From assembly GCA_051252375.1 (NCBI GenBank), contig JBPOFY010000003.1:224001-288000 (forward strand): a stretch of DNA of 64,000 nt, given 5' to 3'. This DNA is from Opitutaceae bacterium (GTDB lineage Bacteria > Verrucomicrobiota > Verrucomicrobiia > Opitutales > Coraliomargaritaceae). Position 1 is the stretch's first letter, and each line of letters opens with the position of its first letter. The translations under genes were made by a program, and so were the position numbers. This document shows positions 9,672-19,900 of the stretch, in pieces. The notes beneath the pieces were generated by a model. The model searched no databases, was not told where the DNA came from, and saw only the letters and a program-made list of their open reading frames with translations.

Positions 9672-10943
9672 CTACGCGAGTTCGGCCTGTGGCTGAACCG
9701 CAGAGATGGATGCCTTTGCCGCAGGCAGACGTTGCAGGGGGAGTTCTAGGCTTAGCACGATGCCACCTTCCTCGTGGTTGAGAACTGTGAGATCGCCCGA
9801 ATGTAACTTCATCACTTGGAAGGCCATTGCTGGTCCCAGGCCGATCTCCCCTCCAGGGAAAAGGGTATCCGGAATTTCCATGACGTGGAATAGTTTGTCG
9901 AGATGTTGCTCAGGCACAGTGTAGCCCCACGATTTGACCCTGATGAATAATGTTTCAGCCGTAGTTTGGCAGGAAAGTTGCACGTTCTGCTGGTGTTTGT
10001 TGAACTTAACGGCAAGTTCGATAGTCGCCTGGAAGGCCTTCTGTAGTAAGTTGGGCTCGCACTTAACCAAGAGTGTTCCGGTTGACTGGGGTATCTGATC
10101 GAGCTCGATTTTATGCCGCACTGCGCTCGGCATTTGAGCCATCAGAGTCGAGACGAGTTCATTTGGTGACACGAAGTTGTTGTATCCATTATTCGGGCAC
10201 GCAGTCAGTTGACTTAGAGTGAGCGCATGATCGACGATTTCGTTCAGTTTCTCGACTGAATGGTGGTAGGCATCCATGAGGTCATCATACTCTTCACGGG
10301 GGAGGGGCTCTGTATTATCCAGAAGAATCTCGGCAAGACCGAGACCGTTCAGTGGTGTGCGCAGCTCATGTGAAAGGACTGTTAGGAATTCATTCTTGGC
10401 TTTGTCCAGAGAGGCCAGTTGCGCATTTGCTTTCTTGAGGTCCGAGGTCCGTATGGCTACCAAATGTTCCAGTCGCTTATTCTCGGTTGCCTGGAGCCGC
10501 CGTAATTCGTATTTGGCTAAAGAGGATTCCACGCGCGCGTTCAGGATGGTGATGTCAAATGGTTTGACGATGTGGTCATCAGCTCCGAGTTGTATCGAGT
10601 GCGCCACGACTTCAGTATCTTCCTCGGAGGAGATCACGATGATTCGGATGTCGGCCAGTTGGTCATTATCCTTGAGTCGAGACATGAATTCTACACCGCC
10701 GATTTTTGGCATGTTCAGGTCGAGAAGCACGACGCTTGGTTTTTTAGATTCGATGAGCGCGAGTCCCTCTTCGCCATCGCAAGCGCACGCACAGCGATAA
10801 CCCAAACTTTCGAGCTGTGACTGAAGTAATTCCCGGCAAACACAATCGTCATCAACAACTAGAATACTGGCCTCTGCCCTGTGTTGACTATCTTGACTGT
10901 GTTTCACGGTGGTGATTCTTCCAAAAAGATTTGCGGAGGACAA
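9672..10943 (-). CDS. Receiver-HisKA protein with a degenerate HATPase domain
   Basis: REC (ILVVDDD...LLDLNMP...KPF); H-box SHELRTPLNG; N-box reads IELAVKF and G1 reads KSWGYTVP, both non-canonical. Confidence 0.85.
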   Translation of the reverse strand: MSSANLFGRITTVKHSQDSQHRAEASILVVDDDCVCRELLQSQLESLGYRCACACDGEEGLALIESKKPSVVLLDLNMPKIGGVEFMSRLKDNDQLADIRIIVISSEEDTEVVAHSIQLGADDHIVKPFDITILNARVESSLAKYELRRLQATENKRLEHLVAIRTSDLKKANAQLASLDKAKNEFLTVLSHELRTPLNGLGLAEILLDNTEPLPREEYDDLMDAYHHSVEKLNEIVDHALTLSQLTACPNNGYNNFVSPNELVSTLMAQMPSAVRHKIELDQIPQSTGTLLVKCEPNLLQKAFQATIELAVKFNKHQQNVQLSCQTTAETLFIRVKSWGYTVPEQHLDKLFHVMEIPDTLFPGGEIGLGPAMAFQVMKLHSGDLTVLNHEEGGIVLSLELPLQRLPAAKASISAVQPQAELA

Positions 10944-11112
10944 TGGGATTCCCTTGTTTACTGCAGAAATATGGACTGTTTACCTATTTTTAGCAAAGTT
11001 CGTTCTTTCGTCTACATTGCCTTTTCTTACCCTTTGTATTAGTTGCGCTACGGGCTGCGATACAGTTTGCGGCTGAGACGACAGTGGGTGGCAATTCTGC
11101 GTTTGATATTAA

Positions 11113-11328
11113 GCAATTGTCATTTTCTTTAATGCCAGTGCGACGCTGCAGTTGAGCGTCACGCCTGGTCTGGCTTATATGGTCGAAAAGAATACGGATC
11201 TGGCTGAAAGCAATGGATGGGAAATAGTGGATCAGGTTCCTCTACTTCCTGCTTCGCCTTACGATGTTCACGTCGAAACGGATGCCGCCGAGGAGAAAGC
11301 TTTTTGGCGGATCAGTTTGCAGGACTGA
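11113..11328 (+). pseudogene. Remnant encoding only a C-terminal module of a secreted protein
   Basis: Frame-1 stretch ...ATLQLSVTPGLAYMVEKNTDLAESNGWEIVDQ...AEEKAFWRISLQD* matches the C-termini of four large proteins in this window. It is bounded by upstream stops, with an apparent frameshifted continuation (AAIQFAAETTVGGNSAFDIKQLSFS). Confidence 0.6.
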
Positions 11329-11466
11329 TGATGCAATACTTTAGATTTTAATACCTATCGAATTATTAAAATGCAGAAAACGATTCTTCGATAGAGGGAT
11401 TGTTTTCTTCTTCTCTGTTCATAGAGTGAGTGCTTCTTTGTGTCCTCGGCAAAGAAGCCCCATTAT

Positions 11467-13434
11467 ATGAAGAACATCGCTTTAGGATTTGTAGTATTAC
11501 TTCTTGGACTTTGCCCCGCTTGTTTGTCGGCGAGTGATGCCGAGGTCGTGCGTCGTCAGTTTATTGAGTATTTCGTGCAAACTTCGTCGTATGAATCGTC
11601 GGTGAAGAAATATCTCGACCGGATGAACGCCGACGGAACTTGGGAGGATGTGGACTATGAAAGTAAACGGCGAGGCAGTTGGCCGACTCGGGATCACTTG
11701 AATCGACTGCAAAGCATGGCTGTGGTTTATTCAGATTCTGAAGCGCAGCTTTTCCAATCAGCTAAATTGAAGGATGCGATTCTTCGCGGATTGAACCACT
11801 GGATAGAGAAGGATTATCTAAATGATAATTGGTGGAATCCTGAGATAGGAGTTCCGCAGACCTTGGGCACAACCATGTTGCTGCTGGGCGAGGCGCTTCC
11901 GGATAAAACACTACAACAAGCTCGACCTATTCTCGCTCGAAGTTCGATGGGCAAGACTGGTCAAAACAAAGTCTGGTGTGCTGGCATCGCTTTCATGAAG
12001 GGGCTACTTTACGATGATGAAGTTTTGAGTCGAAAGGCTGTTGGTGAAATCTGGTCGGAGCTGCGTGTTTCTGCTGAAGAAGGTATTCAGCCGGATTGGA
12101 GTTTTCATCAGCATGGACCGCAGCTGCAATTTGGTAATTATGGGATATCGTTTGCGGGCGATATGGTTAAGTGGGCGAGTATCTTACGCGGAACCGAGCA
12201 TGCCTTGGACGGCGACAAACTAGAAGTTTTGCGCAACTACATGCTAGATGGAGTTTCTTGGATAATCTGGAACGGACGGATGGATATTAGTGTATGCGGT
12301 CGTCAGAATGATGAAGGGTGCCAGGGCGACAAAGGGCGTGTTACACAGAAACAGTTGAAGGCGATGCAAGCGATTGATCCGTTATTCAGTTCTGAATATG
12401 AAAGCGTCTTGGAGCGTATCGGCTTTAAATCCTTTTGGCGGTCAGAACTCGCTGTGCAGCGTAGACCAGATTGGTATGCCTCGGTTAGGATGTCATCGAC
12501 GCGGGTGATCGGTGCGGAAACATGTAATTCGGAGAATATGCAAGGACGACACTTGGGAGATGGCACGCTACTGCTTCATCGCGACGGTAGCGAATACGAA
12601 GATATCAATCCGCTGTGGGACTGGAGGCGACTACCCGGCACTACCTGTGATCAGGGGATGGAAGAACTTATTCCTAGAGGCATTAGTGGTGAATTTGGTG
12701 GCTCCGACTTTTCGGGTGTGATTGGAGATGATCAGAATGGTATTGCCGCGATGATCTATCAGAGGGATTCGTTGAGTGCTCGAAAAGCCACTTTTATGTT
12801 CGATGATCATATCGTTTGTCTAGGCAGCGGAATCAGCGGTGAAACAATTGGGGCGGTTTTTACCTCAGTCGAGCAGTCGTATTTGAAAGGGGAGGTAGCG
12901 CAGTCAAACGAATGGATCTTACACGATAGAACCGCGTATCAGTTTATTGCTGGGCAGCCCAAGTTGATGACGGAGACGGTTAAAGGGAATTGGATCCGTA
13001 GTTATCCAACACGCGGAGATCGACCCGCCACAGGCGAAGTGTTCAGTTTGTGGATAGACCATGGGAAATCGCCGGTTGCTGAGAAATACGCGTATCGTAT
13101 TTTTCCAGCAATTCCTGCGGAAAAGGTCGATCTCGCACATCTGAATGAGCGCAGCCGTATATTGATGAATTCGGAAATCGTGCAGGCGGTAGAAAACGAT
13201 GGAAAAGTGTATGCCGTTTTTTATGAGGCAGGCGAGCTGAAGTCTGCAGGTATCCAAGTGAGTGGACCGTGCCTGTTGATTGTCTCGAATGAGACTCTGC
13301 TCGTTGCCGATCCCACCCATACGCTCCGCACTTTGGATATTTTGCTTGGAAGTCGGCGAGTTACAGTCGAACTTCCGCAAGGAGCCGAGCAAGGGAAGCA
13401 AGTGCATGACTTTTTAGAACCGCTTCATCGTTAA
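11467..13434 (+). CDS. Polysaccharide lyase family 8 (chondroitin/hyaluronate-lyase-like)
   Basis: NWWNPEIGVP, TGQNKVW, GIQPDWSFHQHGPQLQFGNYG, WDWRRLPGTT, LWIDHG; signal peptide from ATG 11467. Confidence 0.9.
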   Translation: MKNIALGFVVLLLGLCPACLSASDAEVVRRQFIEYFVQTSSYESSVKKYLDRMNADGTWEDVDYESKRRGSWPTRDHLNRLQSMAVVYSDSEAQLFQSAKLKDAILRGLNHWIEKDYLNDNWWNPEIGVPQTLGTTMLLLGEALPDKTLQQARPILARSSMGKTGQNKVWCAGIAFMKGLLYDDEVLSRKAVGEIWSELRVSAEEGIQPDWSFHQHGPQLQFGNYGISFAGDMVKWASILRGTEHALDGDKLEVLRNYMLDGVSWIIWNGRMDISVCGRQNDEGCQGDKGRVTQKQLKAMQAIDPLFSSEYESVLERIGFKSFWRSELAVQRRPDWYASVRMSSTRVIGAETCNSENMQGRHLGDGTLLLHRDGSEYEDINPLWDWRRLPGTTCDQGMEELIPRGISGEFGGSDFSGVIGDDQNGIAAMIYQRDSLSARKATFMFDDHIVCLGSGISGETIGAVFTSVEQSYLKGEVAQSNEWILHDRTAYQFIAGQPKLMTETVKGNWIRSYPTRGDRPATGEVFSLWIDHGKSPVAEKYAYRIFPAIPAEKVDLAHLNERSRILMNSEIVQAVENDGKVYAVFYEAGELKSAGIQVSGPCLLIVSNETLLVADPTHTLRTLDILLGSRRVTVELPQGAEQGKQVHDFLEPLHR

Positions 13435-13630
13435 AACTAAAGTATATCCCATATGTTGCAAATTTGGCAGTTATCAGTAGCTGTCATAAGTAGATGATAC
13501 TATATCCTTTAGAGAATTTAAAACGGCTCTAAGCCTCCGTTGACAGTATACCGCTGAGATTCTGAGCCAGTTCCCCTACTGGAGACGGGCTGTTTCGCAT
13601 GAGTTTAAAATTAAATTAAATTAAATTTGC

Positions 13631-13645
13631 TTAACATGGTAACTT
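13631..13645 (+). promoter_or_regulatory. Operator-like motif A (TTAACATGGTAACTT)
   Basis: Identical 15-mer at 19999-20013; pseudo-palindromic. Confidence 0.55.
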
Positions 13646-13742
13646 TTCAGGCATTTGATTCTCTAACAGAATTTACATGTTATCTATTTTTTCTCCTTTA
13701 ATCCCCATCCCCTTACCCCGTCCCTATTACTGGGATATTCAT

Positions 13743-13937
13743 ATGAAAAAGTGATTCACGAGTGCTGTCTTTGCATCGGTCCCTGTTGTCTTTAATCCCG
13801 CGTTTGCGGTTCAGATTGAGACTGAAACAATCGGGGGCTTACACGCACAAAACAGGCTCAGTGACTTCAAAAAGTATCTAAAAAAAAGCCGCTTAATGGT
13901 GCTTGTGCGGCATCCTATAGTTAAAATTTCCCCTATT
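13743..13937 (+). pseudogene. Dead signal-peptide start in frame with the downstream CotH gene
   Basis: ATG 13743: MKK*FTSAVFASVPVVFNPAFAVQ... has TGA at codon 4 and is otherwise open into 13896/13938; preceded by a C-rich leader. Confidence 0.4.
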
Positions 13938-16900
13938 ATGTTTTCTTCAAAAAATAAGCTTAAACTCGGCATTTTGTTAATGTCGTTTTTCATGTATCAA
14001 GCGGTATTCGCGACCACGCCTCCTGTGATCAGTTCATTCGATGCTGACGAGAGTGTGGTCTCGCCCGGAACGGATGTGACCCTCACCTGGGTTGTCAGCG
14101 ATGCCGACGATCTTTATCTGAACGGAACTTTGCTTGAGGGCGTGGTGGGTAGCTCGATCGATGTCAGCCCGCTGATTGCGACGACTTACACGCTGCAAGC
14201 TGTGAATGCTTTTGGCAGCGATTCAGCAGCGCTCACTGTTCAAGTGACGAATGTTCCTACCGCGATTGGTGCCGATGTGCGCTTTATTGAAGTGGTCAAG
14301 AATAATACGGATGACCGCCTGCACCTTTCAGAGATCGAAGCTTTTGTATTTGGAGCGACTCCGAATGAGGCGGACGGAGATGGCACCAGCAGTAACAATC
14401 TCGTTCTGACTGCCAGCCCATCGACAGTGATACCACCAACGTCTACTGGTAGCGATCTGAACGGAGTTCACACCGCCGTTCCAGCAGATGTGTATGATGG
14501 AGATCTGGAAGCCGGTGCGGACGTTTGGTCGACGAACGATAATCTTTCATCCCCAGGTACATACATGCTCGATCTCGGAGCGACCTACACGATTGATGTC
14601 GTGAGACTTTTTGGTCGGGCAGATGGTAGTTCTAGAAGAGGCTTGGAGGATTTTACTGTGAATGTTTATGCAGACGATGGATCTGGGAATCCCGGAGCAT
14701 TAGTAAACTCGGATAGCTATCCAGGCACCGCTCCGCGTGGTGATCAAGGAAATGCAGAATTCTCATTTGCGTTTTTGGAGCCGGGCATTACTAGCTTTAC
14801 GGTGAGCAAGACTACAATTGCTGCGGGTGAAGATATTACCTTCTCATGGACAGTCAGTACGTCGGCAACGGACGTTTATATTGATAATGGAGTGGGCGAC
14901 GTGCTCCCCCTAACGGATGCACAAGGAGAGGGTGATACGACGCTGAGCCCTGGTCCCAGTGTGGATACGACTTATTTACTGGTTACCGAATATCCCAATG
15001 GAACGAGTGTTGCCTCTATCACGGTTCACGTTACAGACCAACCCCTAATCCATGGCTTTGGCGGTGATGCGGGAATCGTTGCTCCGGGAACAGCTGTGCA
15101 ACTCTCATGGGATGTTGTGAGCGCCACTTCGGTCAGCCTGAACGGTGTCGACGTTAGCGGGGTCAGCTCAATGACGGTTAATCCGACGATCACTACTAGC
15201 TATGAGCTGGTAGCCACAAATGCGAACGGAACGACATCTGAGGAAGTTATCGTGTTAGTCGTTAACTCGGGCGAACCCATCATCTCAGAGTTCTTAGCCA
15301 GTAACGGCGATGGATTGATTGACGAGGACGTAGAAACTTCCGACTGGATTGAGATCTATAACTCGACGACCTCATCGCTTAATCTGAACGGTTACTATTT
15401 ATCAGATGATCCTTTGCTTCTAACAAAATGGGCATTCCCGTCCGTATCTTTGGCGCCTGGCGAGTATCTGGTCGTCTTTGCTTCTAGTAAGGATCGTAGC
15501 GTGGCTGGCTCGGAGCTTCACACCAACTTCAACCTGTCTACTGGTGGCGATTATTTAGCTCTGGTTAAGCCCAATGGCACAACCATCCTAAGCGAATTCC
15601 AGCCCACTTACCCCGACCAGAAAACCGACATCTCGTATGGCTTCGACGAAGCCGCTCTTAAGTTCGGCTACTTCCAAAGTCCGACTCCGGGAGCAGCCAA
15701 TAGCGAGAGCGCCTCAGGCTTTGTGGCTGATACCTCTTTCTCATTGGACCGGGGCTTTTACGATGCACCGATTGCAGTCGCGATCACTTCTTTAACTCCT
15801 GGCGCAGAAATTCGCTATACTGTGGATGGTACTGAGCCGACGGCGGTTACCGGACAATCTTATGTGAATCCTCTTGTGATTAGTGAAACGACTGTCCTGC
15901 GTGCAGTTGCGTTGAAGTCAGGCATGATTCCGACAAACGTTGATACTCAAACCTATATCTTCACAGCAGATGTTGTTACACAGCCTAATATGGATACGGC
16001 CATCACTCAGGATCCTACCTACGGGCCTCAAATGGAGGATGCGCTTAAGGCTGTTCCCACTGTTTCATTGGTGTTTGAGGGTGATATTGAGCGCACCGAA
16101 AAAGCAATTTCGATTGAGTTTATCAATTTTGAGGCTGGTAGCACCCAAGTTGGTGTTGGGATGGAGCGGTTTGGTAATTATGCGACCGACTTTTCCAAGC
16201 GGAGTATGCGCATGACTTTCCGTAATCAGTATGGACCGGGGAAGTTAGACTTTCCTGTATTTGACGGCCATGATTATGCAATACCACCTGCCGCACAATT
16301 CGACGGGTTAGAACTACGATCCGGCAATCATGATATGAGTATGCGGGGAGCTTATCTATCTAATCGATTTACCGATGACACCATGTTAGACATGGGTAAT
16401 ATCTCGCCGCATGGACGTTTCGTTCACGTTTACATTAATGGTAATTATTGGGGGCAGTATCATCTCCGTGAACGATGGAATGCATCCATGCTCTCTGAAT
16501 ATTTCGGAGGCAGTAAAGCTGATTATGAAGCAGTTAATGCTAACAATTCCGGTCAGAATTTCGATAATAATGATGGATCCGTTTTTGATGGTTCTGGGGT
16601 TCAATGGGAGGCAGCGAAGACTGTCCGGGATGAGATCGCGCTGGGGAATCAGTCCTTCCCAGATATCGTAGATCTGGTGGATATACCTAACCTGATTGAT
16701 TTTGTGATGCTCTGGGTATCTGGGAATTCCGAAAGCGAATTTCGTGCTGCGGGTGGGGTTCCTCTTGGTGTGCCATTTAAGTTCTTCATGAAAGATGCCG
16801 ATGGCTTTCTTCGCAATAGTTCAAGGAATGTTCTCGAAGACGGTCCTTTGGATTTGTTGACGATATTGCGCACGGACGGTGATGCAGATTACTTAACGCT

Positions 16901-19900
16901 GGCTGCGGACCGTATCCACAAGCACTTCTTCAATGACGGAGCCTTGACTCCAGCTAAAAATATCGAACGTCTCCAGAATCGGGTCACCGAAATTCAATTA
17001 AGCTTCCTCGCCGAATCCGCACGCTGGGGCGAACGCACCCCTGCCTCATGGCAAGCATATCAGGATGATTGGATCGATAATAAGTTCCCCGCATTGACGG
17101 CGACAATGATTGCCCGCTTCAAAGCTGCAGGCATGTATCCAAGTATCGATGCGCCTGTCTTCAGTCAGCACGGTGGCGATGTCACCGCAGGATTCCAGTT
17201 AACCATGACCTCCGGTGTGCCGACGATTTACTACACACTCAATGGGAGTGATCCGCGAGTATCTGCCACTGTCACTGGAACGACGCCACCGCTTACTGTA
17301 GTGACCGAGAATGCCGCCAAGTCGGTCTACATCCCGACTACAACGACCGATGGCTTTACGGATGGGCAGGGCGATGTCTGGACTGAGCTCGACTATGATC
17401 AAAGCGGATGGACGAGTGGTTCCGGCGGTGTCGGCTTCGAAGATTCACCAGGTGATGCGATCAACTACGCCTCTCTTATTGGTCTCGATGTTGGAGGCAC
17501 GATGAGCAACCAATACGCTTCATGTCTGATCCGTATTCCCTTCAACCTATCCGCTGGTTCATTGAGCGGTAGACAGGTCGCCGAGTTGAGAGTCCGTTAC
17601 GACGATGGCTATGTTGCTTATCTCAATGGTGTGGAAGTGGCCCGTAAGAATTTCACTGGTACTCCCGATGGTCTTTCAACTGCCGATGATCACAATTCTG
17701 ATGCCTCTGCTGTTAACCTCGAAGTCGTTGATATTAGTGCTCACATGAATCTCTTCATTGAAGGGGGCAGTAACATTCTCTCGATTCATGGGATGAACCG
17801 GACGGCCGGGTCTTCAGACTTCGTGATCTCCGCCGATCTTGTCGTAGGCGAATCAGGGGCTACAGGCACGAGCGGTGCTATTTCCAGTTCCGCGATTGCT
17901 TACAGCGGTCCGGTTCAGATCAATGAGTCCACGCTGGTTCGTGCTCGTGTGTTCGATGGCAGCAATTGGTCTGCGTTGAACGAAGCTTTCTTCACCGTCA
18001 ATGCGCAGGAGCCCAGTGTCGGCGATCTCGTGATTTCGGAGATCCACTACAATGGTTACGAAACCGGCGATGTTGAATTCATCGAGTTCTACAACAACGC
18101 TGCCTATAATCTAATTATGGATGGCGTGCAAATTACCAATGGAGTTACGTTCCTGTTCCCGAACAATGTGGAACTAAAGGTAGGAGAGCGCCTCGTCGTT
18201 GTTTCCGATCTGAATGCCTTTATTGACCGTTACCAAGATGTCGCTTCACCTTGGTATCATAGCGACATCCAAGTTGTTGGTGTTTACAATGGTTCCCTCA
18301 GCGGAAGCGGGGAGGGTGTCACAGTTGAGGATGCCTATAGCGTCGAACTTCTAGACTTTGCTTACAACGACAGCGGCAGTTGGCCCGGTCGACCGGATGG
18401 CTTCGGCAGCTCACTTGAGCTGATTTCTCCTTCCGCAGCACCAGTGACCAAGCTCGAGTTGGACGCTTATTTAGACGATGGTGATAGCTGGCGTGCCTCA
18501 CGTGAATTCCATGGCTCTCCGGGTTGGGAAGGTCTGGGGCCGGATAACCGCGTCGTGTTCAACGAGGTGCTACCGCATACGGACTTACCTCTGAAGGACA
18601 GCTTCGAACTCTACAATACCACGGGATCCAGCATCAATATTTCAGGCTGGCTCATCTCTGATAATACGAGCACTTATGCGAAGTTCCAGATCCCGAATGG
18701 AACCAATATCGCTGCGGGTGGCTTCCTTGTTTACGATGAGGATGATTTCAACAGTGGTTCCAACTTGATCGACTTTGCTCTGAACAGCTCCTTAGGAGAC
18801 GACCTCTATCTCCTCGAGACTGATTCGGAGGATAATCCGATAAGCTTTGTCGATCACGTCCGTTTCGATCCTTCGAAGAACGGTGAATCCTTCGGTCGCT
18901 GGCTGGATGGAGACGGGCAGCTTTATCCGATGATCAATCGCACCTTAGGGCAGCTCAATACTAGCGCGGGTAACGGAATTCGCGTCGGTCCTGTGGTCGT
19001 CTCAGAGATCCACTACAGTCCGCTGGATCTGAATCAACCGCTGGAGTTTATCGAGATCTTCAACGCTGGCACTGTGTCTCAAAGCCTCGCAAACTGGCGC
19101 TTGCGCGGCGAAGCCGACTTTGACTTTGCATCTGAATCGTTGGCTCCTGGCGCGGTCTTAGTCATCACTTCTTTCGACCCGATCACCGATACGGTCAGCC
19201 TCAATCAATTCCTGGCTGAGTATCCTGGGGTTAGTAGTAGCCAGCTGCGCGGTCCATGGTCGGCTGGGGCGACGAATCGTCTCAACAATGGTGGTGCTGC
19301 GGTCAAACTACAGCGCCCGGACACCTTGCAAGTGCCTCCCGTTGGTGACCCGTTTTATCCGATGCTGATCGAGGACACCGTCAATTACGACAACCGCGCC
19401 CCGTGGCCCGCAAGTGCCGATGGCACAGGTCCTTCGCTCGAACGTAAGCAGACCGATGTCTATGGTGACTTGGCATCCAATTGGCAGGCCAATGCCACTC
19501 CATCGCCCGGCACGCACAACCTACATGTCTTTAGTGATTACGAGACATGGGCCGCCGCGAACGCACTTGGGGCTGGACCTCTCGCGCTTCGAACAGGCGA
19601 CATCGATTATGATGGCTCCTTAAACTTAGTGGAATTTGCGCTCGTTAAAAACCCTTGGGATAATACTGACGGTCAGCCATTTGATTACGGTTTTAAGCAG
19701 CTAACTGTCGGTTTAGAAACCGCACAATATCTGACTGTAGATTTTCAATATCGCCTAGGAGCCGGTCTCACTGTCGGAGCCTTTGTGTCCTCCGATTTAG
19801 AAAACTGGGACCCTCTCGTGGATCAATACATCGCACCGATTGATCATGGTAACGGTGTGCAATCTGTCTTCTTCCGCGACTTTGTCGATTCGGACGAAAA

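Noticed and set aside
13520..13600. Possible riboswitch (contains GCTGAGA and an imperfect enclosing stem)
   Set aside because: The other conserved TPP-riboswitch motifs are absent and the downstream gene does not fit; an Rfam scan would be needed.
13603..13628. TTAAA tandem repeat
   Set aside because: Short low-complexity AT tract in a promoter region; no further support.
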